64,000 nucleotides of DNA from Bacillota bacterium (GCA_021799275.1 JAJZAT010000001.1:161431-225430), one strand, 5' to 3'. Shown: positions 1 through 8,394, counted from the first letter of the stretch. The notes: a model not told the origin generated them from the sequence alone. Program-made: numbers and translations.

Positions 1-660
1 GAGGGCCTCCGCCCAGGTCGCGCCCGCCTTCGCTCCCTGCGCTCGAAGCTGCTCCTCGAGACGTGCGAGGTAGGGATCCTCGGGGCCGAACTGCGAGCGG
101 TGGCAGGCGATCGCCCGGCTGCGCGCCGCGTGGGCCGCGGGCTCGAGGGGGCTCAGGACGTCCGCCCGGTCGGGAAAGTAGAAGAGCACCCCTTGGACCG
201 TCCAGGGTGCGAAGGTGCCGGGCGCATAGTGGACGAGCCCCGAAAGCAGAGCTGCCTCGGCCACCGCAAGGCCGACGGCGCGGTGGTCCGAGTGCGCTTC
301 GTAGCGCAGCCAGGGGTCGCAGACCAGCACGAAGTCGGGGCGGCAGCGCCGGATCTCCTGGACCGCCTGGTCGCGCAGATCGTAGGGCTCGTGGGGGCCT
401 CCGTCGGGCAGGCCGAGCAGATGAAGGCGTGCGCCGAGCACGTCCGTCGCGGCCTGGGCCTCGCCGCTCCTCAGATGGGCGACCTCCTCCGGGGAGGTGC
501 TCCTGTCGCGCGTGCCCAGCCTGCCGTCGGTCACGACGGTCAGGTGCACCTCGGCACCACCCTCGGCAAGGCGCCAGAGCGTGCCGCCGCAGCCGAGCTC
601 GGCGTCGTCCGGATGCGGCGAGAACGCGAGGTAGCGCTGCGCCGTCTGCCAGTCCTGCAA
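1..660 (-). CDS. PIG-L/LmbE family deacetylase; the C-terminus runs off the window start
   Basis: Own minus-strand translation from TTG at 658-660, with GGAGAGGGG just upstream: LQDWQTAQRYLAFSPHPDDAELGCGGTLWRLAEGGAEVHLTVVTDG...LRYEAHSDHRAVG. The PHPDD-x-E and H-x-DH motifs are PIG-L hallmarks. It is not in the ORF track because there is no stop inside the window. The + ORFs 63..680 and 100..690 are its antisense shadows. Confidence 0.8.
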   Translation of the reverse strand, partial: MQDWQTAQRYLAFSPHPDDAELGCGGTLWRLAEGGAEVHLTVVTDGRLGTRDRSTSPEEVAHLRSGEAQAATDVLGARLHLLGLPDGGPHEPYDLRDQAVQEIRRCRPDFVLVCDPWLRYEAHSDHRAVGLAVAEAALLSGLVHYAPGTFAPWTVQGVLFYFPDRADVLSPLEPAAHAARSRAIACHRSQFGPEDPYLARLEEQLRAQGAKAGATWAEAL

Positions 661-686
661 GGTCCCCTCTCCAGTCCTGAACGCGG

Positions 687-1025
687 CTAAAGGCTCAGGG
701 ACGCCTCGATGGGCAGCACGAACACGACCGTGCCGCTCTCCCAGTCGCCGTAGGCGTAAGGTTGCGCCGGACCCGCGCTCTGGCGCAGGTCCTGCACGAT
801 GCCGTCCACTTCGTCCTCGGGCGCCACCAGCACGAGCACCGCGCTGCCGCGTCTGAGAAAGCCTCCCTGGGCCAAGAGGCGCGTGAAGCGGCGCTGACGG
901 TGGCGCAGGAACGTCTCCACCTTGCCCAGCCGCGGCTCAGGCACCACAGCGATCACCTGACGCAGTTCGCCGCCGTGGCTCTCGTCCGGCACGGGTCGTC
1001 CCCCTCCGCTCTGGTCTCGTCTCAT
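687..1025 (-). CDS. PII-like cyclic-di-AMP receptor family protein (DarA/PstA, DUF970-like)
   Basis: QVIAVVPEPRLGKVETFLRHRQRRFTRLLAQGGFLRRGSAVLVLVAPEDEVDGIV...SGTVVFVLPIEA matches, from memory, the DarA/PstA pattern (IVAVV..F-x-TKLATTGGFL-x-GNTT..GGATVFV-PVD). The ATG at 1025 overlaps the dnaE2 stop (ATGA). An alternative GTG at 992 follows a GGAGGGG SD by about 8 nt. Confidence 0.65.
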   Translation of the reverse strand: MRRDQSGGGRPVPDESHGGELRQVIAVVPEPRLGKVETFLRHRQRRFTRLLAQGGFLRRGSAVLVLVAPEDEVDGIVQDLRQSAGPAQPYAYGDWESGTVVFVLPIEASLSL

Positions 1026-4000
1026 TCTACGCGCAGACCGAGGTCGGGCTCAAAGAGTTCCTCCGCACGCACCGTGATGCCCCGCCCGCGCCGCTGCACC
1101 CTGCCCAGGACGCCCAGGAGGGGCGGTCGCCGGCCGAAGAGCAGGTCGCCCTGACGATGGTAGACGTCCTCCATCGCGACGAGGTCGAGAAGGCCGGTCT
1201 CGTCCTCGAGCATAAAGAACGCCACCACGGCGCCGCTGCGCGTCGGCGGCCGGTGCGGCCGGTAGGGCACGCCCGCGACGCGGACCGTCTCCCCGTGGCG
1301 CAGATGCTTGACGAGCCTGACGCTCTCGATGCCCTGGCCCTTCAGGGCCGGCCTGGCCGCGGCCGCAAGGTGGCTGGGTCCGCGCAGGCCGAGCACGGCC
1401 TCCTGACGCCAGAAGCGCTGCCAAGGCTCGAAGTCCGGCATGTCCCGCGGCACCGGGCGGAAGAGGCCGTCTTCATCGGGCGGCGCCCCGATCTGGAAAA
1501 GCAGTCGGCGCCGGTTGCGGTCGAAGCAGTCGAGGGCTCCCCCGTCGCAGAGCGCCGAGAGTTCATCCGCCTTGAGCCCCGTGCGCGCGACAAGGTCCTC
1601 TAGACTCCGGAACGGCCTCTCCCGCCGCGCCGCGAGGATGCGCTCGCGCTGCGCCGCGCCGAGGCCGCGCACGGCGCAGAGCCCCACGCGCACGGCGCCG
1701 CCCTCCACCGTATAGGAAGACTCGGATCGCCGGATGTCGAGCGGCTTGAAGCGCACCCCGCGCCGCATGGCCTCGCCCACCAGGATGTGCGGCGGGTAGT
1801 AGCCCATCGGCTGCTGCGACAGAAGCCCCGCGAAGAGCGCCTCGGGGCGGCGTGCGGAGAGCTGCGCGGTGCGCAGGGCGGTATGCGCGAAGGCGGCGGC
1901 ATGCGCCTCGGGAAAGCCGTAGCTCGCATAGCCCTGCAGCATGGTGAAGATCTCCCGCGCCACGATGGGATCGGTGCCGCTTTCGGCCGCCTTCCGGCAG
2001 AAGAGCTCACCCAGGCTTTCCATCTCGGCGACCGAGCGCGCATGCGTCATCACGCGGCGGAGCTGGTCGGACTCGCCCGGCGTGAAGCCGCCGATCGCGG
2101 TCGCGATCTCGATCACCTGCTCCTGGAAGAGCACGACGCCGTAGGTCTTCTCGAGGATCGGCCGCAGGCGCGGATCGAGGTAGGTGACGCTCTCCTTGCC
2201 GGCACGCCGCCTGAGATACGGGGTGACCATGTTGCCCTTGATCGGCCCCGGCCGGATGATCGCGAGCGCATGCACGATGTCCTCGAACCCATGCGCGCCC
2301 ATCTGCCCCTGCAGGGCCCGCTGCGCCGGACTCTCGAGCTGGAAGAGGCCGATCGTCTCGCCCGAGGCCACGAGCGCCATCGCCGCGGGATCCTCGGCCG
2401 CCCTGGCCTCCGCGAGCTCGGGGGCGGCCCGGTACGCCTCGTCCAGCACGGCGAGCGTGCGCAGGCTGAGGAGGTCGAACTTGAGGAAGCCGAGATCCTC
2501 GACATCCACCTTGTCGAACGGCACGATCGCCACGCCCTTGGCCGACAGCTGGCGCGGCGCCACCTCGCTCACAGGCTGCCGGCTCACAATGAGCCCGCCG
2601 AGATGCGTGCCGAGATGGCGCGGCAGCCCGGCCACGGCCGCCGCCGCGCGCAACAGCAGGGCCAGGCGCTCGGAGGCCCCGGACGCCGCCTTGAGCTCGG
2701 GGAAGAGATCCCAGCGCCGCAGGATCGCGTCGGCGGGCATGTGCGGCAGGCGGCGCTGCAGTTCCGCCACCTCCGCGGCGGGAAAGCCGAGGGCCCTGCC
2801 GAGATCGCGCACGGCCGAGCGTCCCTGGAAGGTCTGGTAGGTGGCGACGCCGGCGACATGCTCTTCGCCGTAGCGCCGGAAGAGATAGGCCGCGACGCGG
2901 TCGCGCGCCCGGTGGTCGAAGTCGAGGTCGATGTCGGGCCGCTCGGCCCGCTCGCGGTTCAGAAAGCGCTCGAACAGAAGGTGGCGCGCGATCGGGTCGA
3001 CCTCCGTCAGGCCGAGGCAGTAGGCGACGGCGGAGTCCGCGGCGGAGCCGCGTCCCGCGACGCGGATCCCCTCCGACCGCGCGAAGCGGACGACATCCCA
3101 GACCAGCAGGAAATACTCGGCGAAGCCGAGTTCCGCGATCGTGCCGAGTTCGTGCCGCAGTCGCCTCCCCACCTCCCCCCGCAGATCGCCGTAGCGGCGG
3201 ACGGCCCCGTCGTGCACCAGTTGTTCCAGCACGCCCTGCGCCGTGTGGCCGGGCGGCAGCGGATAGGCCGGGTAGAGCCGCACGCCAGGGGTGATCGGCA
3301 CGTCGCAGCGCGCCGCAATCTCGTCGGTGACCGCGAGGAGGTCCGGCCGATCGGCGAAGCGCTCCCGCATCTCCTGCGCCGAGAGCAGATAGCGCTCGCC
3401 GTTCAACGGGCGCTCGGGGCGCACCTCGTCGACACTGCAGCCGATCCGCACGCACGTCAGCAGGTCATGCACCCAGAAGTCCTCGCGCCGCAGGTGGTGC
3501 ACCGCCGCGGTTGCCACCTGCGGCAGGTCCAGGCGACGCGCCAGTTCGCCTAGCCCCGCCTCGAGGGCCAGGTCGCCCGGCAGGGCGCCGCGTTGCACCT
3601 CCACATAGAGCCGGCCGGGAAAGAGTTCACGCAGTCGGCGCAGCATCTCCTCGGCCTCCTGCGGGCGCCTTGCGAGCAGGGCTCTCGAGACCGGTCCCGT
3701 GCGGCCGCCGGTGAGCGCGATCAGTCCCTCTTCGCCGGCAAGGGCGCGATAGGGCAGGCGCGGCTCGCCCCGCGGGGAGCCGAGGTGGGCCGCCGTCAGC
3801 AGGCGGCAGAGCCCCGCGTAGCCTTCGGCCCCCGTAGCGAGCAGGGTCAGGCGCGCGCCGTCCGCGAGCGTCACCTCGCTGCCGGCGATCGGCCGGATGC
3901 CGAGCCGCCGCGCCGCGCGGCAGAAGGACGGCACGCCGCTCACGCTGTCATGGTCGGTGAGGGCCATGGCCGTCTGCCCGAGTTCGGCCGCGCGCGCGGC

Positions 4001-4066
4001 CAGGGCCTCGGGCATCGCGGTCCCATCCAGAAGCGAGAAGGCGGAGTGCACATGCAGGTGCACCAT
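1022..4066 (-). CDS. dnaE2: error-prone DNA polymerase III alpha subunit DnaE2
   Basis: PHP domain start MVHLHVHSAFSLLDGTAMPEAL...ALTDHDSVSG. About 1015 aa with Pol III alpha core and an OB-fold tail. ORF track 1022..4324. I prefer the internal ATG at 4066 (AGGAAGGA about 10 nt upstream), because the 86-aa extension is R/S-rich junk. Confidence 0.9.
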   Translation of the reverse strand: MVHLHVHSAFSLLDGTAMPEALAARAAELGQTAMALTDHDSVSGVPSFCRAARRLGIRPIAGSEVTLADGARLTLLATGAEGYAGLCRLLTAAHLGSPRGEPRLPYRALAGEEGLIALTGGRTGPVSRALLARRPQEAEEMLRRLRELFPGRLYVEVQRGALPGDLALEAGLGELARRLDLPQVATAAVHHLRREDFWVHDLLTCVRIGCSVDEVRPERPLNGERYLLSAQEMRERFADRPDLLAVTDEIAARCDVPITPGVRLYPAYPLPPGHTAQGVLEQLVHDGAVRRYGDLRGEVGRRLRHELGTIAELGFAEYFLLVWDVVRFARSEGIRVAGRGSAADSAVAYCLGLTEVDPIARHLLFERFLNRERAERPDIDLDFDHRARDRVAAYLFRRYGEEHVAGVATYQTFQGRSAVRDLGRALGFPAAEVAELQRRLPHMPADAILRRWDLFPELKAASGASERLALLLRAAAAVAGLPRHLGTHLGGLIVSRQPVSEVAPRQLSAKGVAIVPFDKVDVEDLGFLKFDLLSLRTLAVLDEAYRAAPELAEARAAEDPAAMALVASGETIGLFQLESPAQRALQGQMGAHGFEDIVHALAIIRPGPIKGNMVTPYLRRRAGKESVTYLDPRLRPILEKTYGVVLFQEQVIEIATAIGGFTPGESDQLRRVMTHARSVAEMESLGELFCRKAAESGTDPIVAREIFTMLQGYASYGFPEAHAAAFAHTALRTAQLSARRPEALFAGLLSQQPMGYYPPHILVGEAMRRGVRFKPLDIRRSESSYTVEGGAVRVGLCAVRGLGAAQRERILAARRERPFRSLEDLVARTGLKADELSALCDGGALDCFDRNRRRLLFQIGAPPDEDGLFRPVPRDMPDFEPWQRFWRQEAVLGLRGPSHLAAAARPALKGQGIESVRLVKHLRHGETVRVAGVPYRPHRPPTRSGAVVAFFMLEDETGLLDLVAMEDVYHRQGDLLFGRRPPLLGVLGRVQRRGRGITVRAEELFEPDLGLRVE

Positions 4067-4092
4067 GCTGCACACGTCCTTCCTGGGGGTGG

Positions 4093-4119
4093 AAAAGCCT
4101 CCCGCCATGCGACGGGAGG
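4093..4119 (-). terminator. terminator-like GC hairpin plus T4 just upstream of the dnaE2 RBS
   Basis: Minus strand reads CCTCCCG-tcgcatgg-CGGGAGG followed by CTTTTCC. It lies between the GNAT start and the dnaE2 start. Confidence 0.3.
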
Positions 4120-4157
4120 CGGTCGGCAGGAACTGTCCGGGCTGGAGGCAAAGGTCC

Positions 4158-4697
4158 TTGGCCACAGGAGGCGGCGCCACGCGCGAACTGACCTTCCGGC
4201 GTCTCGAGGCGGACGATCTGCCGCTCCTCGGCTCCTGGCTCGCCGAGGAGCCCGCCCTGCGCTGGTACCAAAGCGGCAGGGCGCCGACGGCGGAGGAGCT
4301 CAAGGCGAAATACCTGCCGCGCATCCGCGGCGAAGTGCCGGTCGCCTGCTGGATCCTGCTGCGGGAGGGTCGGCCGGCCGGCTTCTTCCAGACCTACCTG
4401 CTGCGGGACTTCCCCGATCATCCGGCCGGTCCCCGCCCCCATGCCGCCGGCATCGACTACCTGCTCGCGCCGGCCGAGACCGGCCACGGCCTCGCGGCCC
4501 CGGCCCTGCTCGAGTTCCTGCGCCAGGTGGTGTTCCTGGCGCCGGATGTCGTGCGCTGCTACGCGGATCCCGATCCGGCCAACCTCGCCTCGGTGCTCTC
4601 CCTGCGCCGCGCGGGTTTCCGCAGGAGTCCCGGGCCTTGGGTCGAGGGCGTCATGCTGCTCTCCTGCACGCGCCGCCGGGCCTTCCTTCAATCGTAG
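4158..4697 (+). CDS. GNAT N-acetyltransferase (Acetyltransf_8 / aminoglycoside-6'-like)
   Basis: LTFRRLEADDLPLLGSWLAEEPALRWYQSGRAPTAEELKAKYLPRI...GIDYLLAPAETGHGLAAPALLEFL...DPDPANLASVLSLRRAGFR. TTG at 4158 with GGAGG 9 nt upstream. This is the in-frame part of ORF 3897..4697. Confidence 0.75.
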   Translation: MATGGGATRELTFRRLEADDLPLLGSWLAEEPALRWYQSGRAPTAEELKAKYLPRIRGEVPVACWILLREGRPAGFFQTYLLRDFPDHPAGPRPHAAGIDYLLAPAETGHGLAAPALLEFLRQVVFLAPDVVRCYADPDPANLASVLSLRRAGFRRSPGPWVEGVMLLSCTRRRAFLQS

Positions 4698-4933
4698 TTG
4701 CGGGTCAGGGTCCAGTCGCGCCGGTCGAGATCGAAGAGGAGCTCGAACACACCGCCGCCCTCGGTCTCGACGCGGTAGACCTGCCGCTCGCCGTGCCCCT
4801 CCCACCATTCGCCGGCCTCCCGCCAGGCCTCGAGCACCCGCGCGACGCGGTGCCGGCCGCGGAAGGAAAAGGCGAGCGGCGCTCCATCCCTGCGTGCCGC
4901 CACCGGCACAGGCCGGTTCACCAGTCTCGACAT
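4688..4933 (-). CDS. small W-rich protein downstream of imuB-like gene (DUF6504-like, from memory)
   Basis: 81 aa: ...RVLEAWREAGEWWEGHGERQVYRVETEGGGVFELLFDLDRRDWTLTRNYD. GAGGGG SD upstream, and a 22-nt gap after the imuB-like stop. The 3' end overlaps the convergent GNAT gene by 10 nt. Confidence 0.55.
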   Translation of the reverse strand: MSRLVNRPVPVAARRDGAPLAFSFRGRHRVARVLEAWREAGEWWEGHGERQVYRVETEGGGVFELLFDLDRRDWTLTRNYD

Positions 4934-4955
4934 CGCATTCCCCTCGCTCTTTCGT

Positions 4956-6089
4956 CTATTGCCGCAGCTCGATCTCGCCGTGCCGGTAGGGGTCGTAGTA
5001 GGTCAGGCGCTGTTCCCGCCCAGGCAGGCGCTCGAGCGGCGGCGGTCCTGTCCTGCGCCGCTGCGGCGCCCGCGCGACCGGATAAAAGAGGCCGCGCTCC
5101 TGGCTGGACGTTGCCTCCTCGGTCGCCGGCAGCAGGCGCAGGCAGATCTCGCGCACGCCATCCCCGGCGGCCGCGAAGGCCATGCCGAGCAGGGCCGCCT
5201 CCAGCCGGTGCCGCTCGCGCGTCGGCCGAAGCAGGGCGCGGCGCGTCGTCCTGCGGCAGGACGCGAGATCCTCGACCACCAGCTCGAGCGCCCCGATCGA
5301 TGGCAGGCGCCGCGGCCCGGCGGTCAGGGTCGAGAGCGCGTCCGTCACCGCCCGGGCGATCTCGAGACGGTTCGTGCAGGCAGCCTCGGGATAGCTGCGC
5401 CGCCACGAAAGGTCCTGCGGCGGCTGCAACGGCCTAAAGCCGACCGGCTCCTCGCCCTGCGCAAACTGCCAGAGTTCGCGCCCGACCGGCCCCACTTGCT
5501 GCCACAGGGCGCCAGCGCCGAGCGGCAGCACGTCTTGGACCGTCCTCAGCCCGAGAGCGGCAAGGCGGCGCTGCGCCGACGGCGGCAGCCAATCGAGCGC
5601 CGCGAGCGGCAGGTCGCCCCGCTCGCCCGCGTAGACGAGGTCACCCTCCGCCTCCCTGGGCAGGCCGCCCCGCACCCGGGCTCTGGCAAGGCGCAGACTT
5701 TCGCCCGCCGCGGCGCGCACCCGCCAGCCGATACCCCGGCAGGCCGCGATTGCGGCCGGGACATCCCCGAGCGACCAGAGTTCGATCGCCATCTCGCCGA
5801 TGCCGCCCTCCATCACGCCGCGGGCCACGGTGAACAGGCCTTGGCGCAGTTCCGCCTGCAGCTCCGCGCAGGCGGAATCCCCGGGATCCCGGCGCCAGAG
5901 CAGGCCCAAGGCGATCAGCGCGGCGGGAGACATCTCCTGTCCCAGGACGAGGCCGCTGCCCGCCGCCCGCGCCGAAAGATCGCGCAGACGCCGGCCCGAG
6001 AGCACGGCAAGGGGCTTGTCGGCGAGCCCGGGCTCGTGCTGCTGCAGAGCCTGGGCCCGCATGCCGTCGATCTCCATGTACAGCAGCAT
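4956..6089 (-). CDS. imuB: ImuB-like Y-family polymerase homolog (probably non-catalytic)
   Basis: MLLYMEIDGMRAQALQQHEPGLADKPLAVL aligns to the Y-family N-terminus, but the D-x-D-x-FF/Y motif is degenerate (E-I-D-G-M-R). ATG at 6089 with GGAG upstream. The longer track ORF (to 6227) would run across the LexA box. Confidence 0.8.
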   Translation of the reverse strand: MLLYMEIDGMRAQALQQHEPGLADKPLAVLSGRRLRDLSARAAGSGLVLGQEMSPAALIALGLLWRRDPGDSACAELQAELRQGLFTVARGVMEGGIGEMAIELWSLGDVPAAIAACRGIGWRVRAAAGESLRLARARVRGGLPREAEGDLVYAGERGDLPLAALDWLPPSAQRRLAALGLRTVQDVLPLGAGALWQQVGPVGRELWQFAQGEEPVGFRPLQPPQDLSWRRSYPEAACTNRLEIARAVTDALSTLTAGPRRLPSIGALELVVEDLASCRRTTRRALLRPTRERHRLEAALLGMAFAAAGDGVREICLRLLPATEEATSSQERGLFYPVARAPQRRRTGPPPLERLPGREQRLTYYDPYRHGEIELRQ

Positions 6090-6108
6090 GTCGTGTCGCT
6101 CCGTTTCA

Positions 6109-6120
6109 GAACATTTGTTC
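6109..6120. promoter_or_regulatory. LexA (SOS/Cheo-type) box GAACATTTGTTC
   Basis: Perfect palindromic GAAC-N4-GTTC located 20 nt upstream of the imuB-like ATG, in an AT-richer spacer. Confidence 0.7.
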
Positions 6121-6182
6121 TTATTCAGAGTATAGGCGGCCCCGAGCCGACCGTCAAGCCAAGCTAGGTGGCAATGCATGCA

Positions 6183-6224
6183 TAAAAAGACACCGCTCCC
6201 CTGCACACTGCAGAGGGAGCGGTG
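6183..6224 (-). terminator. rho-independent terminator
   Basis: CACCGCTCCC(CTGCA-cac-TGCAG)aGGGAGCGGTG long hairpin, followed on the minus strand by TCTTTTTAT. It sits just after the stop at 6240. Confidence 0.7.
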
Positions 6225-6239
6225 CAACCGGGAGGCGGT

Positions 6240-6461
6240 TCAGGAGATCAAGCTGTAAATCCAAAAGAAGACGGCGAGCGTGATGACGCCGACGAGCACG
6301 GCATCCATGTCCACCACGGCCCCCTGCACGGCGCTCCCGGCAGCGAGGGCGACTTGTCCGAGCATCATCGCGCCGGAGAACACGCCAAGGAACAACCAAC
6401 GACGCAAGCTTCGCCACCCCCCATGCGGCGTACGACGCACATTGTAGCAGAATTGCGCCAT
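6240..6461 (-). CDS. small two-TM membrane protein
   Basis: MAQFCYNVRRTPHGGWRSLRRWLFLGVFSGAMMLGQVALAAGSAVQGAVVDMDAVLVGVITLAVFFWIYSLIS. It has two hydrophobic helices and is followed by a strong terminator. The start is chosen at the internal ATG. Confidence 0.45.
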   Translation of the reverse strand: MAQFCYNVRRTPHGGWRSLRRWLFLGVFSGAMMLGQVALAAGSAVQGAVVDMDAVLVGVITLAVFFWIYSLIS

Positions 6462-6688
6462 ATGCTCATGGTCATTTAGCCGTTGACCCGGCCAGAGGGA
6501 CCAGCACCGCGTCGCTGCGCGCCTGAACGCGCCCAAATCGCACCAAGGCTCCCTAGCGGCAGGAGCGACCAACAGAGCCAGAGAATTCACCTGTACGGAT
6601 CTCCACGGCATTTAGTAAAATGCACGGAAAGGATCGTCGGCCCAGTGCCGACGACCCGAGATCCGCGGCGGAGTGGGAGGTGTTCCGC

Positions 6689-7141
6689 ATGGCCCACCGG
6701 TTGTTCACGGTGTCCGAAGCGAACGCTCTCGTGCCATTCCTGGAAGGCCATCTTCGACGCCTTCAGGAACTGCAGCGGCAGGCACAGTCCCACTTCGAGG
6801 AGATGGAGCGGATCAAGGCAGTCGGCTACAAGCCTGACGGCAAGCTGATCTTGCAGCGGGACTTCCAGGACACCCGCGACGCCTTCGACCGCTCGGTTGC
6901 GGAGGCCAACGCCCGGATCGCCGACATCAACCGCACCGGTTGCCAGCTCAAGAGCGTCGAGTCGGGGCTCGTGGACTTCCCGAGCGTGCTCGAGGACCGC
7001 GAGGTCCTGCTCTGCTGGAAGCTCGGCGAAGACGCCCTGCGCCATTTCCACTCACCACTGGAGGGCTTCGACGGACGCCGCGAACTGCCCGACTGGGCCT
7101 TGCCCCAGGAGTCCAGCGATCCCAACGCCAACGCAAGCTGA
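6689..7141 (+). CDS. DUF2203 family protein
   Basis: MAHRLFTVSEANALVPFLEGHLRRLQEL...GCQLKSVESGLVDFPSVLEDREVLLCWKLGEDALRHFH matches the DUF2203 pattern from memory. GGGAGGTG lies 7 nt upstream of the ATG at 6689. Confidence 0.75.
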   Translation: MAHRLFTVSEANALVPFLEGHLRRLQELQRQAQSHFEEMERIKAVGYKPDGKLILQRDFQDTRDAFDRSVAEANARIADINRTGCQLKSVESGLVDFPSVLEDREVLLCWKLGEDALRHFHSPLEGFDGRRELPDWALPQESSDPNANAS

Positions 7142-7153
7142 CAAGACCATTGA

Positions 7154-7187
7154 GAACGGCGGGCCGCCCTCGGACGGCCCGCCGTTC
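7154..7187. terminator. bidirectional terminator hairpin between convergent genes
   Basis: GAACGGCGGGCCG-ccctcgga-CGGCCCGCCGTTC, a 13-bp perfect stem. Confidence 0.6.
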
Positions 7188-7209
7188 TGCTTCCCCTAGA
7201 TGACGAAGT

Positions 7210-7755
7210 TCAGCGGGACGCCTTGGCCACCTTGTCGGCGATCGCTCGACAACAGGCGGCCGGATCCATAGCCGTCGTATCGACCACGACATCGTAGTCG
7301 ACGCCCTGGTGGACGATGAGCGCCTGCGCTCTGGCCATGCCGGCGATCCGATCCCCGCGCGCCGCTTCGCGCGCTTCGGCGACCTCCGGGTCGCAGCGCA
7401 CGCCCACCCACAGCACCTCGAGGTCCCTGAGTGCCGCGCGCCATCGCTCCTGACCCTCGCGGCCCCCGAGGAAGACGTCGTCGACGATGATGCGGGCCCC
7501 GGCCCGGGCCATGGCGGCGATCCCCTCCATCCACGCGGTCTCCAGTTCCCGGAACGTAGGTCCCGGCGTGACGGTCCCACCCGGATCGAACCGGATGCCA
7601 TCCTCGGTCGACTCGAGCGAAGGCGGCAGCGCCGAGACGAACGTGTCGATGCTGAAGGAGAGCCAAGGTTCCCGCAGATCGTTCTGCAGGCTATGCGCGA
7701 GGGTGGATTTGCCGGAACTCGATCCGCCGTTCAGGACGATCACGCTCGCCGCCAA
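7210..7755 (-). CDS. chloramphenicol phosphotransferase-like (CPT family) P-loop kinase
   Basis: [20 protein letters not shown]...WLSFSIDTF...[10 protein letters not shown] is typical of the CPT family. Confidence 0.8.
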   Translation of the reverse strand: MAASVIVLNGGSSSGKSTLAHSLQNDLREPWLSFSIDTFVSALPPSLESTEDGIRFDPGGTVTPGPTFRELETAWMEGIAAMARAGARIIVDDVFLGGREGQERWRAALRDLEVLWVGVRCDPEVAEAREAARGDRIAGMARAQALIVHQGVDYDVVVDTTAMDPAACCRAIADKVAKASR

Positions 7756-7845
7756 ACCGAATCCCCCTTGCCCGCGCTGTCCAGACCGCTACCGTGCGCC
7801 AGCGCCAGCGGCAGACATGCGAAAGTGGCCCCAGGAGCAGTGTCT

Positions 7846-8394
7846 ATGCATACCGTCATCCTCGTGGAGGGACTGAGCGACCGTCTCGCCCTCGAACGAC
7901 TCGCCGGACGCCTTGGCTACGACCTGCATAGGGCCGGCGTACGCATCGTCGACGTCGGCGGCGTAACCAACTTTCAATCGAACCTCGTCCTTTACGGCCC
8001 GCACGGCCGGAACCTGAAGGTCTGCGGCCTTTGCGACCAGGGCGAGCGGCACATCGTTCTGCGAGCCCTCGAGGCCGCCGGGATCGGCAAGGGCCTCACG
8101 CAGCAGTCCCTTGAGGGCCTCGGCTTCTTCTCCTGCGACGGGGAGCTCGAGGACGAGCTGCTGCGCGCCGTCGGGGCCTCGGCCGTGCTGCGCATCATCG
8201 AGGAACAAGGCGATCTCCGGCGCTTCCGCACCATGCAGCGCCAGCTCGCTTACCGCTCGGCGCCCCTCGAAACCCAGGTCCGCTACCTCATGACGCAGCG
8301 CAAGATCGCGTACGCGCCGAGCCTGATCGAAGCGCTGGACCTTGGGAGAGTGCCGCAATCGCTCTCTCGCGTTCTCGACTTCGCCATGCACTGA
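7846..8394 (+). CDS. stand-alone TOPRIM (OLD-nuclease-like) domain protein
   Basis: MHTVILVEGLSDRLALERLAGRLGYDLHRAGVRIVDVGGVTNF...KVCGLCDQGE. AGGAG lies 8 nt upstream of the ATG at 7846. The rest of track ORF 7309..8394 is antisense to the CPT gene. Confidence 0.75.
   Translation: MHTVILVEGLSDRLALERLAGRLGYDLHRAGVRIVDVGGVTNFQSNLVLYGPHGRNLKVCGLCDQGERHIVLRALEAAGIGKGLTQQSLEGLGFFSCDGELEDELLRAVGASAVLRIIEEQGDLRRFRTMQRQLAYRSAPLETQVRYLMTQRKIAYAPSLIEALDLGRVPQSLSRVLDFAMH

Noticed and set aside
4120-4135. GGAACTGTCCGG as a possible second LexA box for dnaE2
   Set aside because: It does not fit GAAC-N4-GTTC, because the right half-site is missing.
3593-5437. 614-aa plus-strand ORF, plus 3948..4808 and other long ORFs in the dnaE2/imuB region
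   Set aside because: These are shadows of dnaE2, GNAT and imuB-like coding frames. They are Arg/Pro/Ala-rich with no domain signatures.
6608-6623. GCATTT-AGTA-AAATGC inverted repeat with an embedded TAAAAT in the spacer before the DUF2203 gene
   Set aside because: It could be an operator or -10 box, but there is no matching -35 and no second copy in the window. The evidence is too weak to call.
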